Notes: generated from the letters alone by a model not told the origin. DNA of 64,000 nucleotides from Klebsormidium nitens (GCA_000708835.1 DF237152.1:64938-128937), one strand, 5' to 3'; shown: positions 1-20,246, counted from the first letter of the stretch. Numbers and translations: made by a program.

Positions 1-2467
1 AGCGAGCGCTCCAGGCGTTGGACCAAGGGCGGTTAGGAAAAACCGGGTTAGTGGACCGGGTGGTTAGCCTGATGAACCACCCCCGGGTTCAGAAGTACCG
101 GGCAGTGCAGGAGATTCTGAGCTTTGTAAAGAGCGCAGTAAGGGGGGAAGGAGCGGTGGCAAACAAGGGGGGGGGGGACGAGGAGAAGCAGCTGGCAGAC
201 CTCTTGGAAGAGGCGCTGGAGGGGGGGAACACAGCCAGGGGGGTGAGATCCTAAGCTATTCTTTCCTTGTTCATACTTGAAACGAGTCTGTATTGACTGG
301 GACATCTTTGTCCTGCGGTTTGGTTTCGAGGAAAAAGATATCCAGAATTTGCATGGGCTGTGTAAGAAATGTGGGTCGTTTGATGGCTGCATCTACTTTA
401 GCAAACGGCCCAAAACCTGCTCGACACACATGGAGCTTGGCGCAGGTGGCTAAGGTCAACCCCGACCCGCAAAAGAATGGATGGTTCTCGTTATCATGTC
501 TCAATACCCCGTGTTCTCGAAGGCAAGCTGCCTGAAAAGCGGACTTCGGGAGTACTTGACTTGCTCTGGCTCAACGTTCAAATACTTACAGAACTCTTGT
601 GTGACTTCGTCGTTTAGTTTCATCGCAAGCATAGTTCCGACGTGGTAGCAGTAGGGCGTCTCGAGAGCACACTCGATCTTGTGAAATCAGCCCACTTTCT
701 TTCGTTCGACCTGACTCCAACATGTGATCTTGGGAAGGAACCTCTAGGAAGGAGTATCAAATGCTTGCGGAATGCGAAAGGCAGGCAGCCATTGAGTTGC
801 GGACCGTTTCTCATGTCTGCCGCCACAGAACTTTGTAAGTCATGCCCAAGGGAATTGCTTGCTGTTGTCTTCTCGAGGCGAGTCTGCTCTGACTTGCTTC
901 TCCGATCGGCCCTTCTTGACGGGTTTTGGACGCGTTCCTTCCATGTCCTTTTCTTTTCTTTTCTGTCATTCTTCATTTCCACATTCCCCCTCTCATCAGA
1001 GACGCCCATCGTTTTTAGTTTCTCTGACCTGTTCATATTTTTTGTTTTCAGGACTCCACCGCCGACGCTCCGGATGCTGCCACCAGCTCGCTGTACCATG
1101 AAGAGCTCCTCCGTGGGCGTCCGGTGGTCGCCGTCTTGTTTTGTCCAACGTCCGAAACCCAAACCCAAACCCAGCCCCAAACCCAACCCCAAACCCATCC
1201 TCCCCTCCTCCTCTGCTGCTACGCTCCCTCCAAAGAAGCGAGCGTCGCGCCCCGTCTCGGCTGCCTATGCGTTTGGGACCCTTCCAAACCGTCCCGGCCT
1301 CAGAAGGTCCTGGTGTGCGAAGGCACCCCCTCTAGTTGTTGCTGGGCGCCTGCCAAATCCGCCCCTGCCGAAGAATTCGGAAGAAATTCCGGCTCGAGCC
1401 GTCTGGTTGTCGTGGGCACCGGGTCTGGCAGCCTCGCCCTGTGGGATTTGAGCGAACCAGCGGGCCAGCACCAGGGCGTAACGCTCAGTCAGGGCGAAAG
1501 CCTGACGTTACGGCGGCCGTCGTACATGACCGACTGGCGGCCGGAGGTTAACCACGGCGCCCGGGTTTGCGCGGTCAAGCTGCAACCGTCTCCCAGTAGC
1601 GACGACAGAGCTGCTAAAACGGGTCATCGAAACGGGTTAGAGAGTGGGTTGGGAGCTGGGTTAGAGAGCACAAGCGGGCCGCTCGCACAGGTCCTCAGCT
1701 TGGACGTAACGGGTTGGTTAAACGTCTGGTCAGCGGTACCCGTAACCGAGTTGGATGCTGCTGTTATCGACACCGATTTTGGGCTGCGCCTCGGAAGCAA
1801 AGTCCGCCTTTTGAGAGTTGCCGCAGTCGACTGCTTCTCCGCGACGCCCCCCGGCCGAGAATTGGGTTTTGAAACGGTCAGGCAAACCGCCGTCGGGTTT
1901 GCGGCGGTGCCGGGGGATCCCTCTCAGTTGCTCGTGGCCACCGACGGGGGTTCCGTCATCCGTGCTTCGCGCTTCGGGCTGCCCCCTAGCAGCCTGCCGC
2001 ACCCGCACAGATTCGCGCGTGGGGATGATGACGTTAGCGGGCGGTCGCCGACCTCCGTGCTGACGTCAGCTGCGCGGAAGCAGGCTGGCGTCACGTGCCT
2101 TCAAGCTGAGGGGGAGGCCTTGTTGGTCGGACACTCGGACGGTGTGATCGCTTTGTACAATCTGCAGTCCAAGTGGCCGGTTAGGCAATGGAGGGGGATC
2201 ATCCGCGGAAGGCTTTGGGGTTTGAAGTGGTGTCCCGGTCAGCCGTCCTTATTTGTCGCGCTCGACAGCAAGTCCGTTTTGTACTTCTTCGACGTGTCAA
2301 GAGATGAATTGAAGCCGTTAAGGACGTTAGAGATAGGTTCCCGGGAAAAGGAGTGGACGGGAGAGGCAAGAGTCGGGTGCTTTGACCTGCGCGCTTTGGA
2401 TGCCGGATGGATGCTAGCCGTTCCGCAGGACACTGGTGTCACTGTCAGGCGAATCGACAGATTGTGA
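1..2467 (+). CDS. WDR60: WD40-repeat dynein-2 (IFT dynein) intermediate chain, WDR60/DYNC2I1/FAP163-like; 5' end outside window
   Basis: Exons <1..242 (GGG|GTGAGA) and 1052..2467 (TTTTCAG|GAC), both phase 0. Translation has LCVWDPSKPSRPQKVLVCEG..CCWAP..VGTGSGSLALWDLSE..RRPSYMTD..VNHGARV, which follows the recalled WDR60 C-terminal WD region (CVWDIWQPSGPQKVLICES..AGTAHGSVVVWDLRE..TFSTD..VNH). Confidence 0.8.
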
Positions 2468-3123
2468 CTCAACATTGATCGATCTAACAAGAAATTATGA
2501 ATACATTGCAGCGCGCGCGACGATGGAGTGCGACCTCAGATTACGTGTAAATGATTGAGCAGCGCGAGTGGCAGCCGCGTACGTCCAGATCCGACCGCTT
2601 TCGTTGACCACCGAAGTCTGTCATTTTGTGCCTTGGATCAATTCCTCTTGCATAGGTCACCAACCCGAATCACGTTACATGCACATGTCGGATCGACTCA
2701 TATGCAGGCTTCAAGTATATTCAGCATATTCAGGCTCATGCAACTCAAGACGGGAAATTAAGTAACTTTAATTGCCACCGTGCCCCTTGCAAGCGTGAGA
2801 GAGCGCCAACGACAGCAATGCAAGGGTTATTTTGTAATTCGCACGCATTCCAACACGTTTGATCATTGACGGTCATGACAAAAAGTGGCGGCTCAGTGAT
2901 CCAAATAACATTATAAGCGTCACCGCTGCTTTGGGCTGAACAGAAAAGAGACTGACTTGCATATTTGAGGTGACAAAGGTTTTACAATCTACCCACCCCG
3001 CATTGCCTGGACGCTTCAATTGTCTGCGAACTCGTTCGTATCAACCCTACTATGCCCTTTGGACTTCGTATAACTGCAACATACTGATCGAGTCGGCAGA
3101 GATTTGAAAGAAAAGATGAACAT

Positions 3124-5244
3124 CTAGACTTTGGGGGAGCTGCGGGTCTTCGGGCGATTGACCACGGGGTTCTCTTCCGGTCCCCGCTTCTTGTTCTTGG
3201 ACTCCTTCCCCTTACGAGCATTGGGGTCTTTCTTCACGAGCCACCCGATGCAAGGCGTGACCCCACGCCCGTCCTCTGTGACCGAGACGCCGCAGCTTCC
3301 GGCTACGAGCAGGTTATCCGTTTCGACCGGGGGGCGGACCCGGGCATCTCTTATGATGAACGGGCATTCCACCAGGCCCTTGGGCGGGTTGTCTTCGAAA
3401 ATGTTCTTGCGGGGAAAGGTCTTTCCTTTCTCCTCGTCATACGGAAAGAAGGCGCAGACCCAGCCGGTGATGTAATCGGGGGATGGCCCCGAACGATACC
3501 CGCTCGTCGAAAGCACCTGACTCCACCAATCGTGATCCACGTTTCCCCGGTAGGTCGCCATCAGCTGCTCAAGAACGGGGTCCAGCTTGTCGAGCCACCA
3601 GTCCAGGCCGATAGAAAGCGCCCGCAGCGCGCGCGCTTTCTCCACGAGACGGCTCCAGTCCTCCAGCGTTCCGTGCAAGGTCACCGACGGAATCCCGCAT
3701 GACTCGACGACGCTGTCCCATGCCATGCCAAGAAGCACAATGTATCTGAAGTAGTGCTTCATGGAGTCCATCACGACAATCTGGCTCGCGGTCTGGGAGA
3801 CGAGATCGGTCGTGGAGAAGTCGTTCACCAGAACCTTGCTGGTGTCTCCTTTGACACGGGACTCCAACCCAGTTTGGAAAAGCTGGACGCACTTGGGCCA
3901 TTCGAGCAAGGTCGCGTCCCCTGCAGAGAAAATTCAAAGGGATGGCTTGAAGATACTGACGAGAGGGATTTGCAGCGAATGTCCATAACAAAGCAAGAAA
4001 AAAAGCAAGCTCAAATATAGAAGTTGCAAGGGATTTGGATCCGCCGCTAGTAACGGGCTTCTGAGATTTGTCAGAACGAAGTTTCGAGGCTGTCACCCTA
4101 GCATAAGGTGTGGCATAGCAGGAGAACTAGTACTGTGCATAGACGCAACTTAGGATACACCCAAGATTCACATCAATCTCAAAGTCCTCACATATTGCTT
4201 GTTTCAATGAGCTGCCTGCCGCTTTGTTTTTGTTTCACATGAGCTTTAGCTTTCCAATGGTCTCTCACTTGAAAGACAGGACAAAGATCACTCAAGATTG
4301 GAAATGATCTCATAGAACGTCCGTGGGTCAGGTCAAGGACCAGTCAAAAGTCTTTCTTTCTCTCGTCCAGGGGACAATCTTCACTCAATGTCTCATTCGA
4401 CTTGGACTTTAGCCAGCTTTGCTAGCCTTTAAACGGAATTTGAACTCTGAGCGTGTCACTGCTCTTGAGGACCTTCTGGCTCCATTCCATTCTCAGGGAC
4501 CTCACAATACCAGAAACAGTTGAGCTCAAATGCGAGAAACCTTCTTTTCATGCTAGTTCTTGCAAGAAACTTTGATCAACTAGCGTCGGTGGAAGCCTTC
4601 TCTTGAACACCTCAACCTCAGCCTCAGCCTTAATTGACCCCAAAAGAGAATCCATGAAAGCAATTTGTAAATCACTCTGGAGATCACTCGCCTGTTAGGA
4701 AGTCCGTGCAGTCGACCACAATGTCCTCCTTCCCCTGATGGTCCACGAAGACATTCCTGTACTTTTCAGCGTTCTTCTCGTGTGAGAGGTGCGCACTAAC
4801 ACCTTGAGCTATAGCCAGCCAGATGTCATCCGGCCTCAGATGAAGGCAGTGGCCTCCAGCGTAGGCCATCTCAATGGCTCCCAGAAGACCACTCTCCAAC
4901 TTGTGAAACTTGCCAGCCCCGCCTTTCACAACCATTGCCTTGGAGCAATCAAAGACCTCTGCATCATTAAACCGCTCGTTGTTAGGGTGCCCTTCCAGGG
5001 TCATGTGTTCACGCAGGCTGTAAACCAGCACCTCCCGGAGCTCTGGTTCTTGTGAGGGGGAGTGATCAGGTTGCGTGTATGGCTTGAGAGGTTTGGCTAC
5101 CCTGTGGGACGCCACGACCTGCGTGCTGCTGCTTTGTTGAGCCATGATGTCTACTGTACACATGCTCGTGCGTCTCTGCAGCGGAGAGCCCTCTTTGATG
5201 CGTGCAGAATTAAGCGTCTGTGTTTGTTCTGCTTCAAATATCAT
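3124..5244 (-). CDS. DUF4419-domain protein, two exons joined by a GC-AG intron
   Basis: complement(join(3124..3920,4692..5244)). Donor ACAG|GCGAGT and acceptor TTCTCTGCAG|GG join in phase 1. Motifs: LHLRPDDIWLAIAQGVSAH, VDHQGKEDIVV, VNDFSTT, MKHYF, CGIPSVTLHGTLEDWSRL, DWWSQV, SGPSPDYITGWVCAFFPY, typical of DUF4419. The real start may be a downstream Met. Confidence 0.8.
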
Positions 5245-5763
5245 AGCTCCATAGTAGGTTTAATGCTTGTGTTGCACGCGCGACGCGTGCGCTCCGCGCG
5301 CCGCTCTTCGAGTCCGGGTTTCTGGGTTTGGATTTGGACGGGGTTGGACGCGCAAAGTACGCGTGCAAAGCGTATGTCCAACGAAGCTAGTGTGTCCGCT
5401 GGCCCGTGGTTTTGACAGAGCGGGCGGCCGCGCTGTTTCGGTACCCGCCTGCGCGTGCTACTACTTTCGATTATGTAGGTACACTCGCCAGAGGCGAGGG
5501 GCCTCTGGCGAAGACACGCATTGCCGATTGCAACAACCCCGGGATACTGGGTCCAGCGGCGCGCATGAGCAGTGGACTTCGACACTCAGCAAACGCGGTG
5601 CCCTAAGGGATCAAACAAGAGAACTTTTGTGGTGGCTTTACTACTAGCGACAGTAGATCGAAGGAACGCGCAAGCATCTTGCGGAGCCGCATGCTATGAA
5701 TTTGTTCTCCTTGCTTCTTTTTGATGAAAAGATTAGAACTTGCTGCATAACAGACAAAGAAAC

Positions 5764-6670
5764 ATGAGGTCTGAAGCTGGATCAAGTTTTGCAAAGCACT
5801 GCGACCAGTGCTGTGTGCGGGGCCCAGCTGAGTACCTAACAAGCAGCACCTGCAATTCTGGCTTTGACATTCCACTCGACGTCGTCATCCAAACAATTGC
5901 GCGGCTGTGTAAGTGTGCGTTTGACTTGCAGATTTTTATCCAGAGATGATCATTCTGAAGCATGGATCATCCTACTTTGATTCAAGCAGCTCTTCCAGCT
6001 CTCAGTACTGATTTGGCCACTATTCTCCTACACATAGTAGTTGAGCTCTGGGCCCGATATAATGTTGCTGTAGATTGTTGTTGCCTAAGTGATGAGCTTT
6101 CTATTTGCTGCAGATAATCGTGAAGACGATATCGCATTCCGGGAGCATTTGAAGAAGCGACGTCGTGAGCAGGACGAGATGTTTGAGTACTTTGACCGTT
6201 TGAGGAGGATTGCGCAGCAGCCAGAGAAGCCCGATATTTTGGACCGAGGTATGTCGGTTCCGGATAAAGATGTCGACCAAGGCGAGGCTGAATCTCTGCT
6301 CAACTTCTCGCGGGTTAGTCAGGAAAGGAGATGTCAGGAAAAGACGAAGACAAATGAAGCTGCCTTGCCCGTGACTTTTGTCGATTCCTAAGGTTCTTCC
6401 CTATGTGATCTAAGGATCGATGCGCGTGGCTGCACAGACAACCTTATCAAGATTCAGCAACGTTTGATTTTATCTTATAGTAGGGAGACAACTATTGCAC
6501 AAAATTCCTCCACAAATTGGATCTCAGGGCAAGTTTCCCTCTCTGCAGTTTTCGCATCCGTCTCGAAGTTATGGTCTAATATTAAAAGCAGTCTGAGAAG
6601 AAGGCGGAAGAAGCCTCCTCCTTTTGCACCCTGCCCCACCTTCCACCACCAACGCGCTCATTCTGAATAG
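5764..6670 (+). CDS. Small hypothetical protein (about 133 aa), three exons, tentative
   Basis: join(5764..5908,6114..6248,6549..6670). Donors T|GTAAGT and GAG|GTATGT, acceptors TTGCTGCAG and CTCTCTGCAG. Phases 1/1 are compatible and give one open frame. No family recognised. Confidence 0.45.
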
Positions 6671-7854
6671 TCTGTCCTTGGAACTTGGACGTAGTGTTCG
6701 ATGTTAGACTCTTTGCTTCTTTCCTCGCTGCAACAATGCGCGCGAAGTACCGCACATCGCTTGTGAGTCGTCTGTTTGTCTCTGCCCAGTGGCCTTCGAA
6801 GCACGTCGATCCAGCAAGCAGGAAGATGGCACTGGGTGGTCCACTTGGGTGGTCAACTTGGGTGGTCAGATACTTCGTAGAAGCAGTGTCGTAATTGGCG
6901 CCGGATTTTCTGACGCTTTGGTAGAGGAAGTATCACTCTTTAGAGCCGTCCGACTCTTGTTAATCGCTTTTGACGTACCTGCCAGCCTTACTCTAATGTG
7001 CTTCATTGTTCTATTTATCAATCTGTTGATAAGAATGATTCGACCCATGAAAGGCTCGTCGATTGCTGCGCGGCAAGGAGCTACTAAACCATCAGGATCG
7101 TTGTCCGATCATATTGAATCCTAGGCTAGGCGGACCCATAAACATATTGAGCGACGAATATCAGGCCACAGAGCATCGAAGCACATGTGCGCCCGCTGAT
7201 CCGATCAGCTGGCGCTTCGTTCGACTGCGCACTGGTACGTGTAGTTCAATATATACGTATGTTGCACATGTCGGATTCACTATCAATGTCGATGTCCAAC
7301 ATTATTAACCATGCATGGCGGGATTCAGAAACAAGCTTCATATAGAGGAAACGGCCGCCTTTACATGTACAAAATGCTTGCAGCGGGTAAGTTCGAAGGA
7401 GGCTTCGATCAGAAAAGCCAATCCATGGTTATATATGCTGAAAGAGCAAAGCTGTATAGCTATTTCGACATCGCCAGAGCTATTCGTATGTGTTCTTTTG
7501 GCACAACGAGCTTGCCGCGCGCTTGAGTGATACTGGTGAACCCAGCTATATATGCATCATTACGAATAAACATTTTCCCATTTCGGCCGCATGGCTATGG
7601 ACAGTGCGCCATGACATTCGCATCATAAACCAGTACACATCCATTCACGATAAGATGCAACAATGTTCCATGAATCAATGCATTCCTTGCGCAAATATTA
7701 TGTCACTGCCGATACAATCAAAAGATTGCTTGCACAAAATAACTGTTGCGAAGCAGACAGCACCATACCAGGGAGTAAATTAGGAGAGGATGCGTTCAGG
7801 CTGTCAGATCGAATGTGACCTTCCAGGAGGGAGACAGCCAGCCAAAAATGGAAC

Positions 7855-15139
<7,285 letters not shown>

Positions 15140-15661
15140 CAGGGAAAGTTTCTCATGACCGAAGGTGTTTTGAAGTTGCGAAAGTGTTCTTCAAAAGTGA
15201 TTTTCGAAAAGTGAAATGCTGCAACATTAGTTGATGACTAGCGCTTTGTGCTCAAGGAGACACGATTGAAGCACAAGCGTCCCCCGCAACAAATACTTAT
15301 TGCAGAAAGCTAACCAGACTACTAACAAGAAGTCTACCAAAAAGTTCATGAGGGGGCTTTCTGGAAAGTAAAGCCAGATCAATATTCCAAGCTCTGACTG
15401 CTTTTGCCTTGAACCACTTTGTAGGATTGTGTCCACACCACTTATCCATTCGAATGCGCACTTCCTTGCAAGCAATCTAAGCCATTCATACATTCGGGGC
15501 GCTTTTGCACGACCGCAAAACAGGATTTACCCCCTTGCTTCCGGCAAACTTATTGATCATCGTGGGGCTGAAGATCTACTCAGTCTTGACCTCAAGAGTG
15601 TGACCTGCTTTCCTGTGCACAGTTTGATAAGTGTTTCCGGGGCTTGGACCGTCCGCTAAGG

Positions 15662-18600
15662 ATGGCTTTCAGGAGGAGGCCTGGCATCTCTGGCTTGCAA
15701 GGGGCGACAGCTGCAAGGGTGAGCCTCTCTAGTAACTCCTGGCGTGCTGGTGCACATATCTCTCCATGCAAGCTCGTCGATCCAATGTCATGGCAGCCTT
15801 TTGATCAACCACAGTGAACTGCCCGACCAACTCCTTGAGTTCAAGTTCTTTTATCGATGTGTTTGCGAAGAATTGGCGCCGTCTGCGACCCTGAGTGCAT
15901 TATGATTCAGAGCCTGTTCAGAAACTGAATGACATTGGATACAAGCCCATTGATAAGCTGTTTGGTTATCAGCAAAGATTGGCACCTTCAATAGACACTG
16001 CAGATAACTGCAGTTTGTCGCAACAGCTCAAGCCAATATCTCCTCAAATCCTAGCTGCCCGAGAAACATTTTGTTTACCTACACTTCATATCTTATTGTG
16101 ATTTCTGTCGTGCAGTATAGCCACCATATACCAAAGCTGCCATGAAGAAACAGATGCCGCTGGGCACGTCACTCTCAAGAACAACTGAAACATTGACATG
16201 AACGATTCTTCGCTTTTCTTTCAGGCACAGTACAAGACTCTTGGGGAGGATGTTGCCAAAGTGAGGACGGAGCAGATGACCGAGCAGCTTGCGACCTTCA
16301 AGAAGAGCTTGGAGGACTTTGCACAGAAGTACAAAGTGAGCCCTCGTTCAAGAGTCGCGCTACTTCTAGTCCTTTTGCAAAGCAATGGAGTTCTGGATGT
16401 TGATAGCTCGGGCGAATAGCTGCTCCATGCAACCAAGAATTTCAAAGAAGCTGTGAGCCAATCGTGTGACCAGTCCGCTTTTGTGACACTTCATCAGTGA
16501 AAGTTTTGCCTTAGTTCCTGGGAGTTTAATCGCTCCGAGGTGGGCGTCTACGAGCTGACAGAACGTCATCATAAGTAGCTTATGTCGGAAACACAGTTCG
16601 AAGTGGCTGAAACATTCCCCTCGCCTGTGGTACTTGTCTTCAGACCCACCCCTTACGTGCAGGGCCTCATAATTTGATTTGTGGGCTGCTTAAATCCAGG
16701 TTTTTTACCACCCATCCGAATGTCAACCTCTCTGCTCGTAAGTGCTCCTTTGCCAAGAAGCAGTCAACGTTCAGGGCCCAGTGTCTTACGTCGGGCAGAG
16801 GGGGCGCCCCTCTTAGTGAGGTTGTTATTCAAATGCAGGTCCTTGTCCATCTGTGCGTGAGACTCTGCACGATTCACAGATACAGTATGCTTGCGTCCCT
16901 TTCCTCGCAGAATGACATCAAGAAGCAGCCGGCGTTTCGGGCGCAATTCCACGAGATGTGCGCGAAGTGCGGGGTAGACCCGCTGGCTAGCAACAAGGGG
17001 TTCTGGGCGGAGCTTCTGGGCATCGGCGACTTCTATTACGAGCTGGGTGAGTGCTTTCCCTCGGGCTCCGAATTACAGAGCGTGCAGACGCACTCATTGG
17101 AGCACATGGTGCCAAGTTTTTCAAGACCAATCAGCATACTATATTGGATTTGCGGTGGACAACGAGACTCTTTGGTTCGCCGAATAAGATCGAAAGCAAG
17201 GCAATGGCCGTTTGATTCTTGGAGGCAGGCTGCAGGGAAGGCCGGCCGCATGAAACGAACGAAGCCCAAGCGAAAACTGAAGCTCCAGTAACGTTCGTAG
17301 AGTTCGTTCATGTCATGTCATGAGGATTTCCTTAATTCGAGGGTCCGGCAGTTGGGGAACATCAACCTTCATGCAGTGTCAACTTCCCGCATGAGGTTTG
17401 AGGTTGTTTGTGGACGTGATGAGTAACTTAAAAGCTTTTCAGACGTCGGGGAGTTCGTCAAACTTTCCATTCAGGACCAACTAGTTTTTAATCCTAGTGC
17501 AAGATGACATCGAAGGATCGAGTTACTTGCTTACATACAACTGAACGTACTGGCACATGTGACGTTGACGGTCGAATTCAGCCACTAGACCATATTGATT
17601 GGCTTCTGATTGTCTGCCATGTGAGTCGCGAGGGTTGACTTCCGCAAGGGCTCAGGTCAAATCGCTTTGTTTGAAAGGTGGTGGTCAGATGGCGATTGCG
17701 TTCTCCTCTGCTAATCGTCCCGCTGCGAATGCAGGGGCCGTTCTAAAAATTCTCCTAAAGGTCCCTTCAACAGTTCCTTACGAGGGAGACGTTACGCGCT
17801 GTCTGCAGGCGTGCAAATCGTCGAGGCCTGTTTAGCAACGCGGCCGCACAATGGGGGCCTCATAGACCTACAAGACCTGCGAGCGTTAGTAGCAAAGAAG
17901 CGGCGAACCGCTAAGGAGCCTGTGACTGAAGACGACTGCATACGGGCCATTGGGAAGCTGAAGGTAAGTTCGCACATCGGCTGCGGTTTTGTGGAGGGCT
18001 CTGATTCGAGAGAGCTGAACTTTATGGCTTCGCGCTTGGCAATGCTTGTTTCAAACTGTCATTAGCGAACTTAACGCAGCAGGCGCTTTGACAAGCTCGC
18101 TAGTCCGTTGCACCCAAAGTCGGACACGGTCCGCTCCTTCTTAGGGGGCTGCGCACTCGATGGCTGGTTATTTACTTCTCTCGTAAAATCCATCAATCCC
18201 CAACTTTTTCATCGTTCCGCAGTGAACTCGAGTTCAATCTAAAGTGTCTGCTAACTCCCTTTCGATCGTGCGAAATTCTCCCCGGACTCCAGGAGCGTCG
18301 GACTTTTGAATACCAGCGTCGTAGTAGATGACTGGGTCGAAGTGCCGGATCTGCTTGGGTTCAATTACCGTGCAGAGGTCTAGGCGAATGAGAACCAGGG
18401 CTCGTTGAGTATGTTTCATCAGGGATTCCGTTGCTGCAGGCACTCGGGAGTGGGTTCGAGATCTTCACCGTCGGGAGCAGACGTCTCGTCCGCTCTGTTC
18501 CGACGGAATTGAATCGGGACCATAACGAGATTCTGGAGATGGCGCAGGTAAAGCCTGCCGTACTGAAGTATCTCCGAGTTGCGCCACTGGAAATTGGGTG

Positions 18601-20246
18601 TTTTTGAGCGACAAGTCCGTTGTCAGTGTCACTGTTCCGACGCCCCTTCGCCAGAGCGTCGGGTTTCAATGACTGTCCGGTTCGATTTTTGTTTATGCAG
18701 ACCCTTCAATCCCTTCTCCTTCGCTAGACGGCTTCTCGAACTTGCGGTCTATCCGTCTGGCAAGGAAACTTCTTGTGCGAGAGAAACCTCTAGTAGATGC
18801 AGTCTGGCACCGGACATCCATCTTGACACTTTCTGAGCAAGTGCCCTAAAGCAACGCTGGAACGCCATCGTGACTCGTCTTCGCCGGCATTGTCCGTTTT
18901 GAAGCAAAAACCGTCCGCTTTTGATTATTCTCTCCACCTTGTTATGCTTATAGAGTTAGCTATCAAGGGCGCTGACGCTGACGTCTTTCCGCAGGGTCTT
19001 TACTTGTCAACAGACCATGAAAGCCGCTCACACTGATGTCACTCTGTAGGGTTTTCAATTTTTTAGTAAGCAATTAACGGCACTGACATTTGATATCAAT
19101 CCGAAGAACCATCGCATTTGTACAGAAGCACTAAATGGCCTGACACCGACGTTGATCCGCAGGGGCTGTGCTTACGTACAGAAGGGATTAGGACCGCCCA
19201 CACATACGTCAAATTCGCAAGAAGCTCAGATCTGTACGGAAGCAATAAAGGCGCTGACGCCACTGACGTCATTCCGCAGGGCAAAGGCTTCGTGACAGCG
19301 GCCGAGGTGCAGGCGCAAAAGGGCTGGCCGCCAGGGAGGGTCGAAGACGCGTTAGAAACGCTGCTAAGAGTAAGGTTCTCTACGCTCGATTCCTCATTGA
19401 CTTCTTGCTGCCGTTTTACCGATATGTTTCGATACGTCAGGGACTATTGTACGTATCAAAACCGGATGTGAATTCGTTGGCCGCCGAGAAAGCTCCCTTT
19501 GTTGAATCTGCTTCCGAGCCTTAGTTCGGTTCAGAAAACTTGGCGGCCGGACATAGCGCATCGATGTTTACCCTTCGAGAGCTGACTGGTTTCGTTTTGC
19601 CTCCTCTTGTACTGCGTAGTTCGAAAAGCCTTTCTTGTGGAAGTCTGAAAGGCAAGCTAGGGCCGTTATGTGGCGAGTTCTTTGGCGCAACTCAGGCGTT
19701 GTGGAGCCATCATACAACGTCCTGTGACAAACGTCCGCAGTCGTGCTAGTAGTTTTCGCTGCCTCCGTTCATTCCTAGCTCTTAGTGCTGGCTACATGGT
19801 GCCTCAGCGAGCCCGATCCGAAAAGAGTGATGTGAAGCCGAAGACACAAATCGCCATTCTCCGCCCCCACTCTTCATTCCATGGAGACCTAGCTGCTCCT
19901 GACAAATCGCCGTTCACTTCGGTAGGACGGCGTTGCACTGCCAGTATTCTTCGCCCTCATATCCCACTCCAGCCAGTAGTGCCTGCTACCGCAACAGGGA
20001 CTCGTACGAAGGATCATGCGAACAGATAATACAGTGGATAAAGCGGAGCATGCATCACACCACTTTATCCGCCCACTTTCCACGCTTTGGCTGATCCCAC
20101 ACAACCTCCGTTCTCTTTGGCAGGAGGGCCTTGCAATGATAGACGACGGTGATCCAGATGGGCAGCGCCGTTTCTGGTTCCCTTGCTCGTCCGGAGATGG
20201 CAACTTGAGCATAGAAGGACAACTCGGTGAAGGACCTATCCGATGA
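15662..20246 (+). CDS. VPS22: ESCRT-II subunit VPS22/SNF8 (EAP30), 259 aa
   Basis: join(15662..15718,16225..16335,16911..17046,17809..17963,18440..18547,19280..19369,20124..20246) = 780 nt, all GT-AG. Motifs: [109 protein letters not shown]. Confidence 0.95.

Noticed and set aside
620-1451. Long ORFs 642..1451 (+) and 620..1198 (-)
   Set aside because: They overlap the WDR60 intron and exon in other frames, are driven by the AAACCC repeat and high GC, and show no motifs.
6833-6868. Three tandem 13-mers (TGGGTGGTC(C/A)ACT)
   Set aside because: A short, simple slippage repeat in a 3' region with no further structure.
7063-7783. Short ORFs between the orphan gene and the MYST 3' end
   Set aside because: No recognisable domain or consistent splice chain; the composition matches the other CATG-rich spacers.
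17415-17550. C/D-box snoRNA candidate (GTGATGA ... CTGA) in a VPS22 intron
   Set aside because: No terminal stem and no evident rRNA-complementary guide; the boxes are short enough to occur by chance.
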